Assembly (NCBI RefSeq): GCF_037392515.1
Contig: NC_090294.1
Coordinates: 14,283,038-14,347,037 of the forward strand
Reading direction: 5' to 3'
DNA from: Haliotis asinina
Lineage: Eukaryota
DNA length: 64,000 nt
Shown: in pieces, positions 14,041 through 25,549 of the stretch
How positions within the stretch are numbered: the first letter of the stretch is position 1
How the letters are laid out: every line of letters begins with the position of its first letter
Made by a program: the position numbers and the translations under genes
Notes under the pieces: generated by a model
Told to the model about the DNA's origin: nothing
What the model saw: only the letters and a program-made list of their open reading frames with translations
Databases searched by the model: none

Positions 14041-14190
14041 CCTAACGAGGTATCCAATTCACAGCTGAGTGGACTGGGACAGTCCCAGTACTTTGTCCAA
14101 GTTTACTGCAGGTTGCTGTACCCGCAACTAGGTGTTTGTACGTGTTCATGTGGTCACCATCTGGTCATATACCAACGGATTCGTGGGTTC
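14041..14190 (+). repeat. diverged repeat pair member (14.0 kb)
   Basis: …ggactgggacagtcccagtactttgtccaagtttactgcaggttgctg…gtgttcatgtggtcaccatctggtcatataccaacggattcgtggg… against 53130-53260 (…ggactgggacagtactttgtccacgttttacagcacgttgctg…gtattcatgtggccaccatctagccatttaccaacggattcctggg…). Confidence 0.6.
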
Positions 14191-14928
14191 TTTACGTGCA
14201 CAGAGTTGTGCAATGAGCACACATATATCGTCATAAAAGCCAGCTAAATACATGTAGGTTGACCAATTTAGACAGTATGTGTTCATGCATGCATAGTATT
14301 CATAGTGTTGGCTAAGTGCCGTTGTGTCTTGCATGATGCATAATATGGATAGACAATTCAGCGTAACAAAATGTGATACTACTTTACTAACCCCGAAGGC
14401 TTTACAAAGGAAAACTGAGTTATCCACAGTTTCTTTCACAAACACTTCAACATGTATGAAGTGGTAAATGCAGGAAGTGATCTCATAGGATAAACTAGTA
14501 GCAGTGTACAAAGCTATTCACTAGACAAATGCTGACTAGAAGGAATGAGCATCTTGTACCATGATTTTATAATTCATCTTACCTCACACATGAATGTCGT
14601 TTTCTGACTGGCTAAGCACCATTCTATTATTTTCAATGTACCCCGCTTACAGGCGATGTATTATTTTCAATTTACTCCGCTGGGAATTCCATACTCTTCT
14701 GGTGCTTCATGGTAGTACATCTTTGTCTCGAATAACATTGAATCACGCATGAAGGACGGAAATTACCGAGGTTTTGCGATTGAAAATCGATGGAAGGGAG
14801 ATAACTCTAAATCTGTTTACCGTGTGTCCTCTGCAAAATGGCGATTCGCCTCACATTCAACAGAAGTGCTTCAAACAGTTCAATATTAAAATTCAGGTGT
14901 TCGGTAAGATAAACACGTTGATCACTGG

Positions 14929-15057
14929 TCCCTCGGGAGCCATGGGCTCATGTACCCTCAAGGTACCCCTGCATGCTCGAGGAACATAAACAAACCTGCG
15001 GGCTCGAGGAACATAAACAAACCTCGAGGGTACATGAGCCCATGGCCCCCTCGTGAC
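14929..15057. repeat. hairpin: ~32-bp inverted arms around a loop with a 23-bp direct repeat
   Basis: ccctcgggagccatgggctcatgtaccctcaagg against cctcgagggtacatgagcccatggccccctcg. The loop contains gctcgaggaacataaacaaacct twice. Confidence 0.8.
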
Positions 15058-15927
15058 TAGTGAACAACTAATAATATACGTTATATGCTTATGATCGATT
15101 AGTGCTTCTCCTCTACGGAAATGTATTAAGATTCGGGATTTGTTTCCTCTTAATCATATACGGTACGGGTATATTTTACTATGAAATGTAAGTTCGTGAA
15201 AGTAAATCAGATCGACATTGCACACTTACCTGTAATGTTTAAGTATACATGCCACTTAATTATTTCCCTCCAGATATACACATTGATAGAATGTTTACTC
15301 TGACCATAGATTCGTTATTGATACAGGCCCCAGACGTTTTCCTAGAGTGATGGAAATGATCATTGAGAACACAGATCTAAATATCGTAAACTTATGTTTA
15401 ACACAGGCTGTTAGTAATAATAATTATATTAGAGTGCCATGGCCTCTTGAGATAACCATGGTGAGTTTTAACTTAGCTGCATTGTTTCTGAAATTGATGT
15501 GAACAGTACATAATTAAAATAAAATGTCTTTTTCTTTCCCTTACAATAAGGGATGGAAACTCATTATTATTAAAATAATGGCACTAAAACTAAAATACTA
15601 GGTTAGTCAGGACTGGAATTAAATTTTGTGAACAATTAAAAAATTCCCCGAGATGTTTCCTGAACAACAAAAATGCTATGAGAACAACAATGTCAATAAC
15701 ATTATATTTTCAATATGTAGCTATTATAAGGGCGACTTGATGGACCAGGTGCAAGGTTATTTCATTAAGTTCATTATTTCATTGAACATGAACGACGCGT
15801 GCGATTATTTAGTTATCGAGATCATTCTTATGACTCAGTTGTACCATTACTGAGGCTTGAAACAAACCCATCTACTCTTGAGAAACCTACATCCTCTTTT
15901 TTCTCTCAAATTTGTCGCACACACATT

Positions 15928-16160
15928 GAGTGAGTGAGTGAGTGAGCTTAGTTATACTATGGCCACCCGGCGGCGGTCAGTAAATAATAGTCTGTACCAG
16001 ATAAATCAGTGATCAACAGCATGAGCATAGGATGGGATAAGATAACATGTGTCAACCAGGTCAGCGAGGCTGACCACCTGATCCTGTTATTCGCCTCTTA
16101 AGACAAGCATGGGTTCTTGAAGATTAAGTCTAACCCGGATCTCCACGAGTCGCACTTAAT
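15928..16160. mobile_element. SINE-like family copy: (GAGT)n, box, core, 3' module
   Basis: (gagt)n at 15928-15946, then cttagttatactatggccacccggcggcgg, then …catgagcatag…gtcaaccaggtcagcgaggctgaccacctgatcctgtt…gacaagcatgggttcttgaagattaagtctaacccggatctccacgagtc. Confidence 0.5.
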
Positions 16161-18834
16161 GACTCATAGTCACAACATTATGTCACGTGGGTGTTTATTT
16201 TTTGACAAGCATCAGAAACATAATATGTGCAATGTTTGGCTTCTTAAAGGCTAGTGGGATAAAATAGATGACATGTGCTGCAGCATCAACTATACAAATG
16301 TCATCTATTAGTAGAAAAAATGTAATTCAACATCTAGAGATGTAATTTAGTACCCAATCAGTTTAGCGATGGCAAATTATGCGTTTGGAATTGATGAGAC
16401 GATAAATGAAACCGATGAATACTAGCTACTGGCTATATTAATTATATAATTGTCATAGTCTGGTCTCATAGACATTATTTAAATAACACATTTTCGTTAT
16501 TCAAACTCAGTTCAACCGATATGTGAATCATATGGTATGAAAACGAACGTCATTAGAACGCTAGACATCTCCTAATCGTTGGATATTGTAGCTGGAGATG
16601 AAGAGTGACATATCCACCTCATCACAATTGCGTTAACCAAAGAAAACAGAATATACTAACATCTCATCTTTTGATAATAATATGAACGGCGCCTACTTGC
16701 ATCGAACACATATCATTCACACGATAAAATACTTCATGCCTGAAGATCATATTAACCACGAGAGAAATATATTATGATCTTGTTAATATGTATGTCAATG
16801 TGATTACCATTAGTTCAGCTGTTGTCAAGCACACAGTATAAACATGAATGATGTCTGTATTGCTCAAAACTGTCCTTTGGAAAGTAAACACTGACACTAG
16901 CGAGGAATTTTGCATTAATTGAAGATGATTGGATATAATGGAAGTAGACAGTAGAAACAAATTAATCATTGAATTATGCTTCTCATAAACATGACGTCAA
17001 TTGATAAAATGATATTCTCGACAATGCTAATGTTATGGTTTCACTGAGTGTGACTTCACTGCAGTGATTTCTTAGAGATCAGAAATGCCAAATACGCCAT
17101 GGCGTTTAAAACACGCTGTACGTTTCCCGTGTCCTGCTTATTATGTTCTCTTCTATGGTCGTGGTATTTTACCTTCCCCACGCGATGTCGTAAGACGGGT
17201 CCAGAGACATTCCGAAATAATGATGGCAATGAAGCTCACTGCCTGGCCCTTAGTCTGTTCTTTCGCTCTTCCAGTATTACAGGTCATCGTCACCTCCAAC
17301 GACATTGGTTAACTGGGCCTGTTTTTGTTATTCCGAATCAGCTTGCTGTTACTTCTCCGAACATACACATATAGCAATTTCCTTGGCTGAACATAATACC
17401 AGCGAGTGACAATATTCACCCGAAGGAGGTCTTTGAATCTGAAATGTGTCAATCAGAGTGACATGAAATAACAGATGTCTGATTCCCAAGCCACTATTGC
17501 AGCTGTATGCATACGCTCTAGGATAGCTGAGATGATCGGTGTCTTCATCCTTACCATGGACTTCCATGTCAAATTCCTGTTATGCATCACCACTTGTCAA
17601 ACGCAACACAGCTGTAGACAGAGCATCGGTTTTTATATTGAACCCAGAGATGCAACATGGTAGAGATGACAGAGAACGCATTCCTTCCTACTTTATGGCC
17701 TGAGTCAATTTAATGTTTAACCGTCATAAGAGGTCACTCAACGGTCGTCGAGTTAGTATAAACTATAACATGACACTGGAATCCCTTGGACATATCTCAC
17801 AGAAGAAGGAACTTCCTTGATTCTTCCTAACATTCAACGTTTTAAAACTCAAACCAGCAACGCAGGCGACGTCTGAATCATACCACCGATATCGTACAAT
17901 ATGACTCTTTAATTTACATTTAGCTCAAATTACTATGGACAAACACTGTGCTACTGTCAAGTTTCAGAACATGAATGGGCGAGGGGATCAACAAGGCCTC
18001 AACTACGAGCGGGACATCCTCCTCGCTATCGGCCTCATACAGCCAGCTGGAATACCAGACTGAGGGCCAGAATACGTGTAAACGTAGATATGTATAGATA
18101 TAACAATGAACAGACGATGAACCAAAAAGTGACACACAACGAGACAATATAATTCCTTTGTACTTATTGGTGCGATGATAGACAAGGATGAGGTTGTAGA
18201 TGCCATGATAACATATATAGTTGTAATTTATAAATGTGACGGAGGGGTACATGCTGGCTGGTACAACGCAGTGGTGATGATAATAACCGAGAGAGAGGAA
18301 CATGAAACAAATAACTGCAATGAATTTGTACATGTCTTGCCGACATGGTAGCTGGCTTTTGGAACTACATGTGTGTCCGAACACTGGTTGTCCTGAATCA
18401 GTCGCCATGACACGATTTTACGGAATACCTGCATGCGAGAGAAAATATTGGTTGGTACAATATCATATTATAATTTCCCCACTAATAACTGTGGTTTTCA
18501 AAAATGTTCTTAAGGGGGTTACACAATCTCACAGTTCGCCCATCTGATCAAAGCCTTTTACGTAATGTAATTGTATGTGTTACAATAAGACTCACTTAGT
18601 AAATATTCCATTTCATCTTTACCATCAGTGGTATACCAACACTTCTTATGGACGAGGTGACCAGAAGAACTGTAAAGTAGCCACGTTGATGTAATTCAGT
18701 TAGTTGGTGTGCGCAGATGGGAATGTAGTAAAAACATCGTCCCGTAGCCTTACTTCCTGAAATATATTAAGACAACCATTTAGAGAAGTATCTGTAGAGA
18801 AACATAATTGTAGATAATTTTCAGACAAGAGGGA

Positions 18835-18962
18835 GATTGTGGAAGATACTGTGTCTCATTTTGTTCGCGTATTGCTGCTAGCACCGGAAACCAAATGGTG
18901 GTAAAGAGCGTTTCTCATTGGGTGACGCAGCTTCTCATGAGGGATACAATGAAGTCACGTCC
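18835..18962 (+). repeat. R7, copy 3
   Basis: actgtgtctcattttgttcgcgtattgctgctagcaccggaaaccaaatggtggtaaagagcgtttctcattgggtgacgcagcttctcatgagggatacaatgaagtcacgtcc. Confidence 0.55.
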
Positions 18963-19194
18963 ACTAGAAAGAAACGGAAAAAACATGACTTCAAACGTGA
19001 CGACCTAATGTGTGAGGTGAAGAAGTTAGCGTTTTAACATATCTTTGATGACATGAGTGAGAAATGATAAGGAATAAATGATTACAGTGAATGAGAATAT
19101 CGAATTCAAACAAGTATCGTATCAATCTGCGACTATAATAAATGCACCTCATTCGCAACGACGTGAAATATATCTTGAATCAGAGGTACTTTTC

Positions 19195-19310
19195 TCATCT
19201 TGTACGGCTGTTGCTGTCAGCAACGGGACCCAAATGTTGATAAAGAGTGTTTCTTATTGAAGACACAACATCCAGTGAGGAGCAAGGACGCATTGAAGTC
19301 TACAGAATGT
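19195..19310 (+). repeat. R7, copy 4
   Basis: …ttgtacggctgttgctgtcagcaacgggacccaaatgttgataaagagtgtttcttattg…tccagtgaggagcaaggacgcattgaagtc…. Confidence 0.5.
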
Positions 19311-19343
19311 CACAACGTAACTTGAACTTTGGTCGCCTGATAC

Positions 19344-19396
19344 AGACACACGCGCACACACACGCGCACGCACGCACGTACACACATACACACACC
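19344..19396. repeat. CA/CACG-rich microsatellite
   Basis: acacacgcgcacacacacgcgcacgcacgcacgtacacacatacacacac. Confidence 0.9.
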
Positions 19397-19550
19397 GGCA
19401 CATCGTGATATGCATATATCTCTCACAATGCCGGTGGCGAAATATCCAACATCACGCTAACATACATATAATGTTATTTGCACTGAAGAGAGTCTTTTAA
19501 CAATTCCTTCTCTATTTTTGACTATATATAACAATTATACCTATCAAATG

Positions 19551-19553
<3 letters not shown>

Positions 19554-19591
<38 letters not shown>
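19554..19591. repeat. (AT)n microsatellite
   Basis: A run of about 18 TA repeats. Confidence 0.95.
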
Positions 19592-19594
<3 letters not shown>

Positions 19595-21599
19595 CGTCTT
19601 CTGTTTATGCCCTGTTTTGCAACTACCCAATTGCAATATATATATTATGAAAAACATCGCCAACAAGATCAAATGGTCGAAGGAATACTGCCGCAGGCTT
19701 TCAAGAAATGAAGTGATTGGAAAAACGAATCCCAGGAATTTCAAACGGCCAATGAGAAGGAAATTACACCCTGAAGCTGTCTGCGATGCTGTGTTGCTAA
19801 CATTGAGATAATGATGATAATCTTTGATGATATCAAATTTGCTAGGTTCAGGTTGTTATTCTGTTTGAAGTTTGATTTTCTTTACGCGGTTACTCTCCTT
19901 CATAATGCCGTGATGCGTTGATCGTGCGCAGGTGAAGGACCAATTGACATAAGTGTATCTGTTTATCATGTCATTGCGATGTAGCTATTGATCTGATTTT
20001 TATTTATTTAGTTACTAACCAAATTTTGATCGAATTGATCTACATTTCGACCTTCCCCAGACATGAAGCTCCGTCCCACGTCTCCGTGCGTTTAGCATAA
20101 CGGAACAAAAATATGCAATAAGTCATAGTAGTATACGTATTCTGTGTTTTTAACCATCGTTATATGCCGAGATGGTGTTGTTGTTTCCAGCGTGTCAAAG
20201 CAAACCGTTGGCCATTTGGACGAAAGAAAGGGATGACAATTGATACAAGATCTGTCTCATCATCTCAATCGAATGCTTTAAGTGATATAGACAGAAAATC
20301 GAATAGCTTAGTAAAAGACCATTCGTGTAGATTCCCCTTCAAATTATGGCCGCATTATATACGTCTTTTAAAGGAAATATTTGCATTATTATTTGAAGGC
20401 AAACTGAAATTTATGGTTATGAAATAGCCGAAACCATAAGTGCTTGTAGAAAGTTTATGATTTTGAAGTTTTAGTCTCCTCCATCTAAATACGTTTGATG
20501 TCTCATGCCGTGATTTTAGGATAAGATATAAAGAAAGTTTATAAATTGTAAATTCGTTCTTTTCTCATTGTCAAGGAGCACGATAAAGCCATTTCCTTCT
20601 CTGCGGTTGGCGGAAATTGGAAGTTACAATACATCGTGATGAGAGCCCGTGTAACAGACAATAACTGAAGAAGCACAATAAGCACAAAAACACATTTTCA
20701 ATTTGATGAGTCGCAGGGGTTACCAAATCAAATATAGGCATCTTAAACACTGTATGGATGCCATCAAGATACTTTCATGCCTGGCTGTACACTTTACTCT
20801 AGTTTATGTGCGTATATACGTCAATCAAATATCATGTGTATCGATAAGTTGTCATCTGTTAGGTAGTTTTTCGACAGGATAAAACCAAGGGATGAAAATT
20901 AAATTTGACTTTTCATACACTAGGGTAATACATTTTGATGAGTGTCAGTTTGACACCGCGAAAGACAAACAAAACCAATGTGTGCAGGCAGGGTTTATTC
21001 TGCCCAAATGACGTTAAGTCACTCTCTAAAAGCCAGGCCTCAGTTTCTGTTGCTGTCACAGTCCAACTGGCTCATATCTTCAAAGATCATACATGTATCT
21101 TGTAATAGATATTTAGCTAAGGCCCGTTTTAACTTGACCACAATTGCTGCAAGGTGAATACCATTATCAATTACGTTATCCCTGTGGCCATTTCTATAGT
21201 ATTTTATACTGCAATTGTATTTGTACTGCCACTGACTGTATTTATATTCAATCTATTGTGTCAGCGCCCAGCATAATGTATACCCAAATGGACCAGGCCA
21301 AAGACATCGAACCCTACACATTCAGCTTACTAACCTAAGTCAGTGGCACACATTCATCTAGCACTTGAATTAAGATAAGTACATCACCTTCTGACAGGAT
21401 CGTTTCTCTTCATAGGTTTGTACGAAACTGTCGAATGTCCAAAAGTAAATCATTCCATTTCATTAACAAGTGAGAATCGTCCGGGAAACCTTCTTTTGAC
21501 TGAAAGGCGTTCTCGAAGACAAATGACTTGTGCTTCACCATTAAGGTTACAATGAACCCCTGTTAGGTCTTTCAAAATATTTCAAAATCATCTAGAGAT

Positions 21600-22010
21600 G
21601 TGTCTCGCTACAAAGTATTTTTTTTGGATTTAAATATTGGAGATTGGCCTGAAATCAGTAATGCATTACAGCATGACATATAAGCTGTGGAGTTCTTTCT
21701 TTCGGATTCCCTATTGCATTAGGTACGGTCTATCAAACTGTTTCCAATTCAACTTGTGTTGTGTCTCGCTACAAAGTATTTTTCTGAATATATATTGGAG
21801 ACTGGCCTGAAATCAGTAATGCATTACAACATGACATATAAGCTGTGGAGTTCTTTCTTTCGAATTTCCTTTTGCATTAACTACGGTCTTTCAAAATGTT
21901 TCTAAATCAACTAGTGCTGTGTCTCGCTACAAAGTATTTTTCTGAATATATATTGGAGACTGGCCTGAAATGCACTACAGCATGACATATACGGTGAAGA
22001 GTTCGAATTC
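21600..22010. repeat. tandem repeat, ~160-bp unit x ~2.7
   Basis: gtgtctcgctacaaagtattttt…ggagactggcctgaaatcagtaatgcattaca[ga]catgacatataagctgtggagttctttctttcg… recurs starting at about 21600, 21761 and 21919. The last copy is truncated. Confidence 0.85.
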
Positions 22011-22879
22011 CCGATTGCATTTGCCCCAGGAATCAAGATCGCAGAAAGAGAAAAGATAAGATGAAAGCATTTTGCCACCATTTAATGATAGTTACAGGTG
22101 CCTTAACCCAGCCGAATACAAACTGCACACATTGCAAGATATACTTGCGTTCACCACATAAGATATTCCTGTAGCTATATAACCCATCGTACATGACTGT
22201 GTATATTATCTGAATGCATGTGTATAGTATGAATTGTCTGATTCAAGGCATGTGCCATGGCTTTCATGTTCCATCGCACAATTATTCACTGCTGTTTATT
22301 TTCACATCAAACTGAAGACGTCTCCTAATGCTGTTCCATACTGTGGTTTGAGATGAAAGGTGCCATTTCTTCACACAGTGGCATGTCTTGTTTGCTGTCC
22401 TCATACCACCGACAACCCAGGTAGAGATATTGGACTGAATCTGAGAGGCCCTGGTCAGATTATTTCCAGTTGAGTGACTAAGGCATTCATACATAAAATT
22501 ACATGTCGCGCTTGCCTCCCACTAATGAAATGATGGACATGATTCGCCTACATGTAAATGCAGATTGTCTGTGACAGCAAGTTCATTGAATGTGTCAAGA
22601 CACAGAATGTACTCACGAATAGACATAACCAGAATATAATCACGACATGTACTCACGAATAGAAATAACCAATATGTAATCGGAGTACACGTGAACCACG
22701 TCCAGTTTGAAATATGAAGATGTTTCATGAGAATGAACCAACAATTTGTACCAGGCAGCATGTGTTGATCGTTGGCGTGTTTTCATTTACTTGTTTCTGA
22801 ACTATGGAAATGCTGACATGGTATGGATACGGTCGAATGTACTCAAACCTCCGCAAATCCAAGAAAGATAATATGAAAT

Positions 22880-23370
22880 TGTTTTTGTTTTGGGTTCAAC
22901 AAGTTCCAAAATTATGGGAGAGTTCGTGTTTGCAGATGTAGCGGTGATCGCCTGGTGCCAGACTGTGTCCAAGAGGTGCTCTCTCTTAGGTGGCGAAGGT
23001 GTCATGGTATTGGATGGAATTTGTGGTCAGCAGAGAGTATGAATTGTCATTCTCCGTGGACATTACCTGCTCACAGGTACAAAGACGAATTCTTGAATTA
23101 GTTGTGTTACCACTTGTGCGTCATCAACCGAGGGGTTTGATCTTACAACATTACAATGCACGTCCGCATATGCATATTGTCAGGCTTGTACAAGACTACC
23201 TCAACTTACTGCCCTGGATATGAATCCGATAGAGCATCTCTGAAACACCTTTGTAGACAGTTGAGGCAACGGCAAACCGACAGCAGCTTGAACAAGTTCT
23301 CATGGATCTGTAGCACAGAATTCCTACTGACGTCATCCATGATGAGATTTTTGGAACGTATGAAGACGTC
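22880..23370 (+). pseudogene. Tc1/mariner-superfamily transposase C-terminal remnant with many stops and frameshifts
   Basis: Plus-strand translation across frames reads …GGEGVMVLDGICGQQRV*…VQRRILELVVLPLVRHQPRGLILQHYNARPHMHIVRLVQDYLNLLPW… then DMNPIEHL… then …QQLEQVLMDLWHRIPTDVIHDE…. These match the conserved GVMVWG, QxDNARPH, LPWPxxSPDxNPIEHLW and L..EW..IP blocks of Tc1/mariner transposases. Confidence 0.5.
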
Positions 23371-25549
23371 ACACAACTGAAGACTTGGACAGTTCCATAA
23401 TGTGACTTGAAACACATCTTGTGAATGATCTGTGATGGGGTAACATTTCATTTTGACCCCAAGTCCCTTGTGTTTGATTCCGTGACCAGATTACTATCGA
23501 TTGGTGATTCTGTCTCATGCATGGTAAATGGTTAGATTTTGTATTGTAAAACAATAGTTCTATCATATATATATGTCCTGGTGTCGTCTTCATGAGGCAT
23601 AACATCAGGTGATAAGTTTCTTGTGTACATAAGTAAGACACAAACTGAGACTACTGTCATTATCTTTATGAGACAAGCAAAGGGATGCAAGGAATATATC
23701 TGAGCCTGTACGTGTTGCTGAATAACACAAACAAAAATTGTTCGATTGTTGCTCACTCACTCACTGTCGTACGATTTAAAATATATCATAATCACGTAGT
23801 TATAAATGTGAATAATAGCGATACTAAGTATTTGCGAAACGGTGAGCTCACCATTGGTCCGAATCACTGAGATCTGGTGGTGTGCAATTAGTCAGATTAT
23901 CTGTACACACTTTTCCATTTTTGTCAGCTCTTCTGGCAAGTATGAAGCACTTTGAGTGTGGTTTTGCTGCTTATTGCCACACTCACCTATATTCCAGCGG
24001 TAGGTATGTTACAGCTGTATGAATACTGAGGGAGAAAAAGAAGGGATCACATGAAAGCAGAAGCATTCCTTTATATTTTTCAGGTTTCTCCACAAGTTGT
24101 GCGACACACAGCTTGTGAAGAAACCTTTGACAAAATAATGGAAAATACTGCATTTCATGTGATCCCTTTTTTCCTTAGGTATATACAATTGATTCTGGAT
24201 GAAACACTCTAATGATAGATATCCTGAGCATTGACCTACACAACTGAGATGGAGTGGCATACATCCAAAAAGACAGAATGGGTTGCTGAAGATCAAGCCT
24301 AAATCTTTATGAGTTGATGAAATTGTGATTTAACACATCACCTCTTTAAGAATCATTCTCAAGGGTATAGCAAAGCATGAAGACAGCATCAATTTATGTA
24401 TTTAATTATCATTTCCAAAGTCATTACTTTAACATGACTTGGGAAATCGGTTTTTAAATTATGGACTTAGCATGATGAGATCGTTTCTTGAGAATACAAC
24501 AATTCAGGTGTAACAATTCAGAAAGAACGTAGAGGACATAATCATTTCATCAGTTTGAGACAACAAATATAACTTAATCTCCTGTTTGATGTGCGGATGT
24601 ATGAGTGGTGGTTCTACGTCGGCAATATGAAACCAGAATGACTTATTGTTCAAACAAATGATGTACTATATCACCGAGCCAAATTACTAAGTCTATTCCA
24701 TCGCTCTTTACAACTAGTTAGGGACAATTTCTCATTCCTGGAGCCCCCACGCGTTAGATACAAAACCAATTCAATACAATAAAACCCCACAATACTAATA
24801 TTCAGAAGGTCTTGTATTTGCCCTGGAGGATATATCGATATATTCACTTATGTCAAATCTTTGTTTCTCCTTAGATTCTGTGAACAAAGTCAGGCAATAA
24901 TTCGGTACACTCATTTACTTGAGTCGGTTGATCACGCAACAAATGACTATGATGAAGGTTTATAGCAGGTCGAAATGAGTCGGTCAGATAGAAAATTAAT
25001 TCAAAAGTTCTACTAAAAAAGTTACGTTACCTCCTTTGCTGTCAAGTCTAGTAATCGAAATGCAAAAAAAGCGTGATATGATGTCGTATTCCAATTATGT
25101 AATGGAGGGCGAAATTATGACATTGATTACCAAACAACAATGTTGGCACCAATATAGTTATGTAAACTGCACCGTAATTACATCAGATACAGATCGTAAG
25201 TCTTCACTCTAGACGCTCTGGTAAACGTAGGGATGTGTTTGTAAGTCACGTCGACCTCAGGAGTAGTCTGGGGTCGTCGCATTAAGGCTTGATATAAGTC
25301 TGGTAATGCATCTTGTTTCTGAAGTGGACCCAGATGACAGTGTTAATCAGACTGAAGTTCAGAGTGTCACCTCAAGGGAGCCCAATAAATCAGAACGTGG
25401 TGTTTTGGTAAAACATCACAGTGGTTTTATTCGCAATCCTTTTTAACGTACTGAGGAGACGGGATGCTTCTCGCACAGTTCATCGCTCCCATGGTCATAT
25501 ATGACCTTTTATAGTAATTCTGAAAGGTTTTACCTTTTTTACAGAACGA
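23194..25549. repeat. tandem duplication, copy 1 (2356-bp unit)
   Basis: The sequence from 23194 onward recurs at an offset of exactly 2356 bp. ORFs 23196-23417, 23206-23451, 23369-23641, 23532-23756, 23685-23870 and 24009-24296 recur at 25552…26652 with only single amino-acid differences. Both copies end …ccttttttacagaacga. Confidence 0.88.
24041..24168. mobile_element. MITE-like 128-bp element with ~20-bp terminal inverted repeats
   Basis: aagggatcacatgaaagcag at 24041-24060 against ctgcatttcatgtgatccctt at 24148-24168, a reverse complement with one mismatch. It lies inside the duplicated unit, with an identical copy at 26397-26524. A diverged relative lies at about 37121-37247 (tatgggatca…tgatcccatag, internal …cagcttatgaagaaacttgaaacaaaataagggaaca…). 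Confidence 0.4.

Noticed and set aside
17920-18408. 162-aa ORF on the minus strand, the longest non-transposon ORF in the track
   Set aside because: Low-complexity composition rich in Tyr, Cys and His, with no recognisable domain. Other similarly sized ORFs overlap it in different frames on the same stretch. It looks like chance in AT-rich sequence.
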